A DNA stretch of 64,000 nucleotides from Eledone cirrhosa (lineage: Eukaryota): assembly GCA_964016885.1 (NCBI GenBank), contig OZ024740.1:166718001-166782000 (forward strand), in the 5' to 3' direction. The stretch's first letter is position 1; each line of letters opens with the position of its first letter. The notes beneath the pieces are model-generated. The model saw nothing but the letters and a program-made list of their open reading frames with translations. It did not search any database and was not told where the DNA came from. The translations under genes and the position numbers were made by a program. Shown here piece by piece: positions 13,201 to 24,434 of this stretch.

Positions 13201-14899
13201 AACAGGAGAATGTATATAATATATATTGTGCGAAAAGCAATGACAGTGATAGCAAGCATTTCTGGATTTATAAATAATACATCACATCTCACCAAGAAAG
13301 ATAACTTGATAATGCTCAGGAAGAAGACATAGGTACTAAATTAATTAAAAAAATGAGGGTTATCACGCGACGGCTTTGTGAGAAAAAATGCCAATTGAGC
13401 AGTAACACAGGTCTGCGAGGTAATACCCTCAGAGGACACAACTTATTTGTGGAAATTAGAATGTTCACATCAATTATAATTGCCCTAGTGGTCAAACTAG
13501 GCACACGAGAACCTGAATGAATCCACACATTTCACATTAAGTATTAATGTTAAGTTAGGACATTTCAAAGAAGACAGGAGTCCGTGTAAAATACAACGGA
13601 ATTGGCATATTCTATGGTTAGAGAAGCTGTCTAGAGGAGGTCGAGGAAAATGTGAATATCCAGTGGGAACTAATGCAGGACATAGAACTCATATCCTATC
13701 GGCTTTCATTGTAACTATATAGTTCCATGTAACTATTTAGTTGCAGAAGAGGCTGAAAGTATCGTGATTTGTACGACATTCAAAATAGTTTCAACTTGAG
13801 TGTGCTATGATATATGTATGCTTATAGCAAATGTATGCCTAAGACATGCACACAGTATTTGAACGCATACAGTTACACACACACAAATGCTTGTGCACTA
13901 AAGAAACAGGTTAACCAGCAATAGATGGATATACACCGGCATATGTAAATACACAAACTCACATATTTACAAATACAGATAACATTCACTAAAAATTTCT
14001 TCTATTCTTTTGACTTTGGTTTGTGCCCGGCTGGAATTCTACAACGTTGTATAACTGAAAAAATTATATTGAGAAATATGAATAAAGTGTAATAGAGAAA
14101 GCATGAGAGATATAATTAAATATATAGGTAACCAAACATACGGTGTCGCAGTCCGTTGAGGAAATGTTCATATACATTTGTCGTGAAGCAAGTAATGGAA
14201 CTCATTCACTTATTTATTTTACATAGTGTTTTACAAGCAAACAACGTAACTTTCATCCTTTCGGAATCGAGAAAATGGACGGACATAATAGGGGGATCTG
14301 GTATTTCTTCCAGCCATTCTGAGTTCAAAGAGTTCTGTGGCCCCATAGAATTTTAACTTCCGGCTTGACACCAAAATATATCACTCGGGTCTACATGCAT
14401 TTCGGTGAGGTCGCTATTTAAGGATACTTCTCTTTATCCCTTACAATGTTCTCAGAGACAGATCTGTGTTAAAGACACTACCTTTCCAGTCCTTAAGAAG
14501 CCAGAATAAAAAGAAACGTAGGCGAGCAACCTGGTAGGATTTTACTTGTTGATGGAATGGTATGGTAAACTGATATCATAATGAAAATGTGACGCGAGTT
14601 GCTATCATCAAGAGATATAACTTTCCTTGTCATCGATTGAGACAACAAAGAAACTGATGTCAATTAGCAGTAGCAGCATCAAGCTAGCAACAGTGCAGCA
14701 ACGGTAGCTTGCTCGGTGGCATTGACACAAGGGAATGCAGAGGTTTGGTGGCTATGGTGACAGAGCTGAAGCCAATTAGATGATGGCGGCAGTGATGTTA
14801 GCAATAGTAGTGGCGGTGGTGCTTTGAGAGGATTGGCGATGCAATGTGTTAACATGTGGTAGAGGTATTGCTGTCGTTTAGTCAGAGCGTTGATGTTGG

Positions 14900-15352
14900 A
14901 AATGAAGAAAGATATAATAAAGAAGAAAAAAACGATGGAGAAAAAGAAGAACCAGAAACGGGGGCTGGGTTGTAGGGGTGTATATAAAGAGTAAGAAAAA
15001 TAATAATAGAAAGGAAAATAATGACGAAAGAAAGAAGGGTGGGGAGGGGGAGCAGAAGAAGAAGAAGAAGAAGAAGAAGAAGAAGAAGAAGAAGAAGAAG
15101 AAGAGGTAGTAGGAAAAGAGAAGACAGAAGAACGAAAAGAAGAAGAAAAAGAAAAATAGATGAAAAAGACGAAGAAAGACGAAGAAAGAAGAAGAAGAAG
15201 AAGAAGAAGAAAATAGAAGCAGAAGATGATGTGAAAGAGCAAGATGCTGATGATTATGAAGAATGAAGAAAAAAGAAGTAGAGAAGAAGAAGAAGAAGAA
15301 GAAGAAGAAAAAAAAGAAGAAAAATAAAAATAAAAAGAAGAAGAAGAAGAAG

Positions 15353-15384
<32 letters not shown>

Positions 15385-15470
15385 GAAAAAAATAGAAGCA
15401 GAAGATGATGATGATGAGAAAGAGCAAGATGCTGATGATTATGAAGAAAGAAGGAGAGGAGAAGGAAAAC
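14900..15470. repeat. (GAA)n purine-rich low-complexity tract with an internal duplication
   Basis: gaagaagaa runs. aaaatagaagcagaagatgat...gagcaagatgctgatgattatgaagaa occurs at ~15210 and ~15388. Confidence 0.9.
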
Positions 15471-15699
15471 ATTCTAAGATGAAAATCGAGAATGGCGGAT
15501 AGGTCCGATAGCGAACACGCACACGCGATGTTTCGTTAGTGTTCTAATGGTTTGCGTTCTATATGCGTTTGTATGTATGTATATATATGTTGCGTTTGAG
15601 TCCGTTCAAATATGCCTCCTCCCCATCCATCCCTCTCTCTCTTTACACACACACACACACACACACACACATATTATATATATATATAATAAGCGTTCT

Positions 15700-15832
15700 G
15701 ATCTATCGGCGCGGCCGGAGCTCAGCCATCGGGGTCCTTTCTCTTTTTCCTATTACCCACTCTACTACCCTATGTATCGAGTACTCAGGTGCGTTATGGT
15801 CCAACTGGTTTCTTACCACACTTTCTTTGTCA
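15700..15832 (+). mobile_element. Interspersed repeat family X (Penelope-type terminal repeat), copy 1
   Basis: cggccggagctcagcc.tcggggtcct...acccactctactaccct..gtatcgagtactc.ggtgcgttatgg..ttaccacactt is shared with ~42690-42835 and 62030-62148. All copies abut microsatellites. Confidence 0.75.
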
Positions 15833-15870
15833 TATATATATATTTTTTTTTTATTTTTTTATTTTTTTAA

Positions 15871-15993
15871 ATTAAAATAACATTAAAGTTTAAGCAAAGA
15901 ATCGCTGCTTTCAGCTTTAACGGGATCTTCTGAAGATCCCGTTAAGGGTGAAAGCAGCGATTCTTTGCTTAAACTTTAATCTGTTATTTTAAT
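15871..15993. repeat. Near-perfect palindrome centred at 15931
   Basis: attaaagtttaagcaaagaatcgctgctttca..ttaacgggatcttc-t-gaagatcccgttaa..tgaaagcagcgattctttgcttaaactttaat. Related sequence lies at 57415-57560. Confidence 0.9.
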
Positions 15994-16101
15994 AAATATT
16001 TGCTCTAGGGTTCTTATATATTTGATATATATTTATCCTTCTCGAGCCCTCTTTGGATTTTAGTCTTCACATTTATTATTATTACTATATATATATTACA
16101 A

Positions 16102-16300
16102 TAATTTTTTCTACGTGAGGCACAAGGCCAGCAATTAACCAGTGTATTACTGGTACTTTATTTCATCGACCCCGTAAGGATGAAAGGCAAAGTTAACCTC
16201 GGCGGGATTTGAACTCAAATGATAATAATTGTTTCTACTTCTGGCACAAGGTGAGCAATTATACCAGTGTATTACTGGTACTTTATTTTATCGACGCCGT
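16102..16300 (-). mobile_element. Two tandem 5'-truncated SINE family A copies
   Basis: Consensus matches at 16102-16218 and 16225-16300, followed by (TAA)n. Confidence 0.88.
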
Positions 16301-17147
16301 AAAATAATAATAATAATAATAATAAATGCGTAGATGGATATTAATTGATTTTCAAGGTGGCTATCCGATGAAAGACACCTTCCTTTTTTTTCTCATAACT
16401 TTAAAAGGTAACAGTACGGAACAGTTCCATTTTCTGACACATTTTCTTCTTCTTCTTCGTCTTCTTCTTCTTCCTCCTTCACTGCAACTGCTGTTGTTGC
16501 TGTTACTTCTATTTTAATACGGTTCAACTGATAGGAATGAATCTTCAGTAGTAACCAAGCTTAAATGTAGGTTCATTGAAGAGAAGACACATTGAAGAGA
16601 AGACACAGACTAGTACAATCTAGCGGCAACAAGTGAGAGAAGAGGTTGCCATGGCATTTCCTGCACAGGTAATCGATATTTGTAGCAAGGAATCACTTTG
16701 TACGAATATTATAGCACCAACTACACACTGAATGTTGGTTTTGCGTGTAGAGGAATTTCCCTCCTTAAATATCTATTGCAAGATCCTAGCATTAAAATAC
16801 AGCTTCCAAACAATACATACATATCGCTGGACTCAGTGAGGGGAGAGACGGTATTAGGTATACCTTTACGACTCTTCACGTAAGTGCGAATGTAAGCTCG
16901 CATTTCTCTCTCTCTCTATCTATCCATATATCTCTCATCTCTCCCTCTCTTTCTCTCTCCCTTTCTATCTCTCCCTCTCTGTCTCTCTCTTTATCTCTCA
17001 CTGATATTCTCTTTATAAAACGTATATAAACGTATAGAGGTACACACGCATAAATATATCTGATATTCATATACATTTTATACACGCTGTATATATACAT
17101 ATATATACGTATATATAAATGCATGTGCTACACGCACATATATATAG

Positions 17148-17204
<57 letters not shown>

Positions 17205-17760
17205 CGTGTGTGTGTGCATCTGTACGTGTCTCTGCGTTGTGGGGATGAGGGTATGGGTGTGATTCTGCATGTGCGTGTATATCTGTGCATGTGTGTTTGT
17301 GTGTGCGTGTTTGTGTGTTGGGCACAGATACAGTGGTCTCCATCTTTATAAAATAATTATACAATGTTATATATTTATTTTTTTTAAATATTGCTATATT
17401 TCAGCATAGCTAGGCTTTTGCTATATTTCATCTGACAATTCATGAAGTGCTGTTGATTCAGTTTGTATACACTGGCTAGAATAAGTGAGTAAGATATGGG
17501 GGAAGAGATGAGGAAGATATGGTGAGTGTGGTTTGAGATGTTAAAGGTCAAGAGATATGTGTGAGGAAAAAAGTCTCTGCAAGGGCAGTAGTATGTGAGA
17601 GAAAGGGGACCACAGATTTAGGTAATGAGGATGGGGAAATATATACATTTATTTGGTGACCGTCAATTTTGTAGGAGTAGAAATATATTTGGAATGATGC
17701 GATGGGTAAAGGTGAAGGTATGTGAGCAAAAAATTGAAATGTGGAGTTGAATGTAAAGGT

Positions 17761-18250
17761 TCTTCTTCTTCCTCTTCTTCTTCTTCTTCCTTCTTTCTTC
17801 TCCTCCTCCTCCTTGTCTAATTATTCATGGCTCACATATTCCATGGCGAATAGTGGTGGTAGATTCCTGAAACACGCCATCCAGTGAGTCCGGTCTCATT
17901 CAACTGACTGCAATTAATCCGGCTTGATCCCCAAGCAAGACCAACGAAACTCATGTATGTTATCTAATCTTGTTGTACGGGGTCTGCATTGGATCTATTG
18001 CCTGATGGATTTTCCCGGAAAATCTGTCCAGCGATTCTTTTCTGAGACCTTCTGATCCTATGTCCGTAGTATCGGTGGTGTGATCCCCCAATTCGGTAAA
18101 GTAGGAGTTCTATCTACTGTGAATCCATGGTCTCCAAGCTTCACGCTCTGTCGTGTAACGTTACTCCAAATATCATCTGGGCACCCCCGTTCCGGCCGCT
18201 TGTATTTGCAGTCCTTATACACTCGGTGGTTAGCCAAGATTCATGACCTT
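17761..18250 (-). mobile_element. RTE-clade LINE 3' fragment with (GAA)n tail
   Basis: Minus-strand translation fragments ..QIFRENPSG..RPRTTRLD..DRTHWMA resemble the RTE C-terminus (G.R.RGRP..RW.D, A.DR..W), followed by a gaagaagaa tail at 17761-17810. Confidence 0.5.
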
Positions 18251-18698
18251 ATGGAAGGGTAGGCAGGATACCAAATTGAAGATAGTGAGTTTCTCTTTGC
18301 GTCTACCTCCCTTCCAGCACAAAGCAATGCATAAACGAACATTGGATAAGGGGAATCAGGGATAGAGATTGGTAATTGAATGTTTTCATTGTCCCCCATC
18401 TCTTTCATTATGTGCTGGATATCCGTCTTAAGAGAGGAGCTTAGCAGTCGACTGATCACCATCTAGTTATCTGCAACCTGAAACTACCTGTAGACAAGAA
18501 AACCTACAAAAGTGGCATGTCGAGCTTGACCTGTAGAAGGGGAAAAGTAAAATGAATCTTAAATATATTAGATTAAAATAACGTAATGTAAATATATTAG
18601 ACTAAAATCAAATAAAAAAATTATATCTCGTGAAACACGTGAAAGCAGAACTATTGACTTGGAAAAAAGATGTTATTTGATATAATTAATAGAAGAGT

Positions 18699-18877
18699 TT
18701 CTACTTTTGGCACAAGGCCAGCAATTAACCAGTGTATTACTGGTACATTATTTATAAACCCCGTAAGGATGAAAGGCAAAGTTAACCTCGGCGGGATTTG
18801 AACACAGAATGGCAAGGGGCGTAACCCTTTGCTGCAAAGCATAGCGTCCGACCCTCTACCGATACTGCCAATCTACC
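18699..18877 (-). mobile_element. SINE family A, near full length, 10 bp TSD
   Basis: Body plus tRNA-like head. atagaagagt is duplicated at 18689-18698 and 18878-18887. Confidence 0.92.
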
Positions 18878-19440
18878 ATAGAAGAGTAATAATAGAAATA
18901 AGTGTCACGTTTGACAAATATACAGGCGAAGGTAGTAAATGGCTAAATTAAGATAGTTACGTGCGATGCGGTCGTGAAAATTTAAGGAAGATAAACATTT
19001 AATTGGTGTGATAGTATATATGGCAAACATTATAGTTGAAAATTAGGAACTGTTGAAATGTTAATAAGCTGGAGAAAATGAAAATATAGTAAAATGAAAA
19101 AACATCCTTGGATTCATTCTTCTTCAGTTACATTTCCACTTTAATATATTCAAAAGAGGGAGGGCAATATTTAGAAGTGGTACAAAGATCAAGTAGGCTG
19201 TTGATATACAATAAGGATGGATTCTGGTGTTAGTGGCAGTCGTATGAGGGAACGGGTGCACCAATTGGGAATTTGGGATTGGGACAGTTGTATCTATGGT
19301 AAAGTTAAAAAATCGTCAAATAGGCTTGGGGGCGGAAGAGCTGTCCTTTTGTAAATATGATGAATAACGTAAAGAAAATACAGTTTTATATTTACTAGAG
19401 CAGACCATATACTATAATGAATAATGCAAACATATTATGC

Positions 19441-19442
<2 letters not shown>

Positions 19443-19516
<74 letters not shown>

Positions 19517-19532
19517 ATATATATATATATAT
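19443..19532. repeat. (CA)n-(TA)n microsatellite
   Basis: Direct reading. Confidence 0.95.
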
Positions 19533-19661
19533 TTAAAGGTTAAATAAAGTTCAAAGAATGAGTTTTACAATAGATTGGAAGCACTCAACAGTTATGGTTT
19601 TCCGGTGTTATTAATATTAATTCAAAATATTAACAAAAGTTGACATTCGTGTGATCAAGTA

Positions 19662-19728
19662 TATTTTATTATACATATTTCAGAGGTACTGAGCTATCTT
19701 CAGCAGTATATCCTCATCAGATAAAATA
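19662..19728 (-). ncRNA. Minimal type I hammerhead ribozyme motif
   Basis: Minus strand: tattttat-CUGAUGA-ggatatactg...cagtacctct-GAAA-tatgta-UA|-ataaaata. Perfect 8 bp stem I, intact core, short near-palindromic stem III. Confidence 0.75.
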
Positions 19729-20445
19729 AGATGATGCATGTTATACCCTGACTTAGTAGATGGTTAAAATTCAGTCATGGTAGTGAATAAATATGATAAA
19801 ACGCAATATTTATATACCATAAGATTGAGACATGAAAACATTTACATATAATACAGAGGGTGCGTGGGAGAAAGCTTAAAAATACATAATAGCAATTTAC
19901 ATAACTGTTAGAGATTCAAATAATTTAAATTATTGAAGAAAGAAGAGAGAAAGAAGAAACAGATGAGGAAAAAATATAGTTACTAGAAGTATAGAAAGCA
20001 AAAGAGAATTGATCAAGGAGGAATAATGTTTATAGTATAAAGCATAGGGAGGGAGATGTGTATTGTCGTGGATGAATAGGGTGTGATTAGACGATGCAAA
20101 TATATATATATATCTATATAAATACATGAATATACATTTGGGCATAGATTTGTAAACGCGAATCTTCGAATTATCTAGAAGTATCCATCAATCTAAATAT
20201 TAAATATATCTGGGTGTAATTATATGAGGGTTTAATTTCGAGTCCTTAGTTAATTAGAAATATATTAACATTTAATTATATACACTATATATATATCCAA
20301 ACGTATCTGGCTGACCGTTAAATTTCGGATCATTTATGTTAGTTCAGCATAATGAATTAATCTAATGGTATACTATTTCAGGCTATAAAAGTTTATAAAT
20401 ATCTATATTAATATTAAAGTATACTAATATATTTCATTAATAAAA

Positions 20446-21440
20446 TCATATTTAAAGTATTTGCAAACATGAGAAACTTAGTATTTTCATCAACACGAAG
20501 ATAATCCATATTAAATGATATCTTATATTATTTCTTTTTAATATATTAAAATAATAATTCTCATTATATAATTTAGAAAATATTTACAGTTATAACTTTA
20601 AAAATATAAAATTACCAATTACAATGCCCTAAAGTATCCAAAAGCCTTATAATTAAACTTAAAAAAAGGTATTATTAAATTAGATATATGCATTTGTCTA
20701 AATATATACAGAGAGTATACTGTCTAAAGTTCAAGACGATATTAGTCAGTTATACATAACATAATATAATATAATATAATAAATAAGTTACTGTTAATAT
20801 TGTTAAAATTAAGGTTTTAGATAAATTATTAATTTAGGATCATGTAACATACTATCATGTAACATACTATAAATATACAAATCAAACTTCATGAATCATA
20901 AGGATACGAACCAGATTCAAAATAAATAAGTAAATTGTGCCAAATATCTAAGCTATATAATTTAAAAATACAAGAACATTTTTAAGGATCTATATTGTAG
21001 TATAATATCATATTTAAAGTGTCTGCAAACATGAGAAAGAGAAAACTTAAGATTTTCATCGACCCGAAGGTAACCCGAATTTAATTAAATTAAAAAAAAT
21101 AATAATCGTTATATAATTTAGAAAATATTTAACAATTATAACACTAGAATGTCCATAAATATCTACAGTACTTATAAATGTAGCTAGAAGCATGTTATTA
21201 AACCAGATATTCACATTTGTCCAAATATATACAGAGTATTCTGTTCGGAACTCAAGACGATATTAGTGATCCATATACATATAATAAATAAATAATAAAA
21301 TCATTGTTAGTAAAGATATAATTGAAGTTTTAGATCAAGTTAAGTGGAAAAAGTTTGTCGACTAGGATCGTGTGCGACGCATATAACATACATATATATA
21401 TAAATAAATATAAATATATAAATCAAACATCCTGAATCTT
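20446..21440. repeat. Diverged direct duplication (~450 bp units, ~560 bp apart)
   Basis: atcatatttaaagt...gcaaacatgagaaa, tatacagag..tcaagacgatattagt and aaatcaaac..catgaatc recur at 20446-20897 and 21007-21438. Confidence 0.8.
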
Positions 21441-21477
21441 AAAACTGACACACTCAAAAATAATTTTTATCTTAAAT

Positions 21478-21770
21478 TTGGTAAATAGAAAACTTCCGGA
21501 GATTACCGGTGGTTTATATAGGGAGGATATTTTATTTACAGTTGTCAAACATAGAAATACAGAACTAAATAGGGTTAAAAAATCTATAATTGAATTCTTT
21601 AAAGTTTACGACCTTAAATTAGAAGTTGAAAGTAGTACCAAAATAGTTAATTTCCTTGACGTTACCCTTAACTTAAACTCAGGTTTTTATTACCCTTTCC
21701 ATAAGACCAATGAAAACTTAAATTACGTTAGCTATTACTCTAATCACCCTAAATCCGTGAAAAATCCAAT
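21478..21770 (+). mobile_element. Penelope-like element RT fragment (YRDD type, decayed)
   Basis: GGLYREDIL (cf. GLYRDDGL), KIVNFLDVTLNL, YYPFHK and YV...SNHP are typical of the PLE RT 3' part and thumb. Confidence 0.85.
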
Positions 21771-21853
21771 ACATTATTTACTACTGGTCAACACGTCAGA
21801 GTACGTAGATATGAAGGTAATTTACTCGAGGCAAGATTTATATGGAAAAGTAG

Positions 21854-21960
21854 CGTATAATCAAAAGAATAACATCAATAATAAAATACCGTATAATCAA
21901 AACAATAACATCAATAATAAAATACCGTATAATCAAAACAATAACATCAATAATAAAATA
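21854..21960. repeat. 36 bp minisatellite, 3 copies
   Basis: cgtataatcaaaa(g/c)aataacatcaataataaaatac x3. Confidence 0.9.
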
Positions 21961-22548
21961 TATATGGTAAATAGGTAGTGAAGTTACAGATGTAAAAAGT
22001 AAAAAGTAAAATATTCGATAGGGTACATTAAAAAATAAGAATATGAGAAAATGGAAAATATAAAGAAATAAATAAGTGAGAGCGTGTAAGTATATAGTAT
22101 GTTAGTAGTAGTTTGTGAATAAGTGTTCTTATAAGGATTCGTTGGTGGGTTTAGTGCTAACATGGGAATCCAGATTAGAGATGTACATAGATACGTGTAG
22201 AGGGTCCGATAAAAGAAAATACAATAAATTAGAGATTAATTGGTGGATACATGTATGATATTTACTAGGGATGACGGGACAATTTATAAACGCTTGTTGT
22301 AAATGTTTTGTTGATTGTTCTATCTTAATGGGGTTGATGCTGTTTCAGGGAGAGAGAGTGAAAGAAATGTTCAGAGATTTATGATCCAGTTGGCCGTTTG
22401 ATAGCTAATAGCAGTGTGATGGTGTGTGTATTCTATATGTTAAAATCTAGGTGGTTCAGTACTAATTTTGGGATTGCTGGTTCAAATCATGGTGGTTTGA
22501 AGTTTGTGAATCTAGTAGCTATTTTATGCCTACAGAAAATAGATATTT

Positions 22549-23260
22549 CTATCTTGCTGTTAAGCAGCACCCATCGTACCTTAAAATATGTAGTAGTTCT
22601 AAATTACAAAGCCCGCAGTGGGACATTCCGTTGCTGTAGGTTTTTGCAACCGATAATTTTGACCAGCTAATCTTATCTTCTAGGTTTTTGTCCTTAAGCT
22701 GCCAGATTTTATTGGCGAGCGTCGTAGAGGTCTCCAGTCCACGGTTCTTCATGGAGTGTCTTTGGACGTACCACACTTTTTTGAACTCCCCAGCAGTGGA
22801 ACCTATGTAATGCCAAGTAGAGTTGCCTAAATTTACAGTACACAGGTATACCATACTCGAATCCAGGCATCTATTCCGTAGTCGGCACTTATCCGGTAGG
22901 TGGCAATTATAATTTGAGATTTTACTGTGTGCAGGTTCATCGATGCGGTTTTGTAAGTTGTGGGTTGTGATTTAGGCCTATTAATGTCTTTAGACATATG
23001 TTTCTTTAGACATATGTTTGTGGTTGATCTTACGTATGTGCGATTCTATGTTGGCTGCAGTAGAGTAGGAAAGTTTTATAGTTTTTCTATTAAAGATTTT
23101 ATGGTATTTGTGTAGTGTAGGGAAGTGCTTATCTATTAGTTTAAAGAATGTAGAAAGTAGTTTAGTTTGTATAGAGGAGTTGAATATTGGATTTAACCAT
23201 AGGTACTTTCTATCTCTGGATCTTCATTAAATTTGTTGTGGTCCTTATATTAGTATTCTA
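22549..23260 (-). mobile_element. Penelope-like element linker and GIY-YIG endonuclease fragment
   Basis: Minus strand: RKYLWLNPIFN, LIDKHFP..HKYHKIFNRKTIKLSYS, then MVYLCTV...YIGST...FK..W..RHS...STTLANKIWQLK...ISW...CGLCNLE. Confidence 0.88.
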
Positions 23261-23263
23261 TAA

Positions 23264-23430
23264 TTACTCCAAGTATAACCTGCATAGAAATTACCGCGAA
23301 CTCGCTGCATAATTATGGAAGCATCTTGTTGAGTCAAACAAAGCCGTACGTTAAAACTATCCACGACACAGAGTACTCTCAACCTCTAACTGGATTACCT
23401 ATAACGATAACTTGTTATCCCATATACATA

Positions 23431-23468
<38 letters not shown>

Positions 23469-24160
23469 TATATATATATATATATTATATATAGTGAAAG
23501 AATGAAGAGTAACATGGTTGGCTGTACAACAAGGGGCTTTATTTCAGGTATTAACAATTGTTTCATTGATCAGGTCAGTCTAGAGGCCGCTAATCGCTTG
23601 AAGCTGCGTCACATGATCTCCATTACATTATTTACCTTTGACCAAATCCTGGAAATACCTCAGTATTCTGAGGATTTGGTCAGAGGTAAATAATTGTTTC
23701 TACTTTTGGCACAACGCCAGCAATTATCCCAGTGTATTACTGGTACTTTATTTTATCGTCCCCGTAAGGATGAAAGGCTAAGTTAACCTCGGCGGGATTT
23801 GAACTCAGAATGGCAAGGGCCGTAACTCTTTGCTGCAAATCATGGCGTCCGACCCTCTACCGAAAGTGTGATGGAGATCGAGTGATGCAACCTCAAGCGA
23901 TTAGCGTTTTCTAGACTCACCTGATCAATGAAACAATTGCTAATACCTGAAATAAAACCCCTTGTTGTACAGCCAACCACGTTACTCTTCATTATTTCAT
24001 TATTATTACTCCAAGTATAACCTGCATAGAAATTCCCGCGAAGTCGCTGCCTAACTATGGAATCATCTTGTTGAGTCAAACGAAGCCATACTTTAAAACT
24101 ATCCACGACGAAGAGTACTCACAACCTCTAACTGGATTACCTATAACGATAACTTGTTAT

Positions 24161-24162
<2 letters not shown>
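23264..24162. repeat. Mosaic of direct (A: 23264-23421 = 24006-24162) and inverted (B: 23500-23627 vs 23865-23995) repeats with a 66 bp hairpin at 23628-23693
   Basis: Read directly. The arrangement resembles Penelope pseudo-LTRs next to the truncated PLE ORF. Confidence 0.8.
23691..23862 (-). mobile_element. SINE family A copy (a further 3' fragment at 24215-24272)
   Basis: Consensus match with B-box. Confidence 0.9.
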
Positions 24163-24214
<52 letters not shown>

Positions 24215-24345
24215 TTTCTACTTTTGGTACAAGGCCAGCAACTATCCCAGTGTATTACTGGTACTTTATTTTATATATATATATATATATATATAATAAA
24301 ATAAAACAAGGACGAATGGTTTCTCCTTAATTACATTTATTGTTT

Positions 24346-24432
24346 GGTGACCCGCGTTTCGCCTCTGATCAGCTCAAGGTTCGATCTGTATCGATTTAGC
24401 CCGACTCTTTAATCCACGGCTCGTCAGATCCC
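24346..24432 (-). ncRNA. Hammerhead ribozyme motif with weak stem I
   Basis: Minus strand: gggat-CUGACGA-GCC-(long loop)-GGC-GAAA-CGCGG-GUC|-acc, followed by AATAAA. Confidence 0.55.
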
Positions 24433-24434
24433 CG

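Noticed and set aside
23264-24162. ggattacctataacgataacttgttatcc as an rRNA fragment or homing endonuclease site
   Set aside because: Only a superficial resemblance to LSU rRNA or the I-SceI site; surrounding sequence is not rRNA-like.
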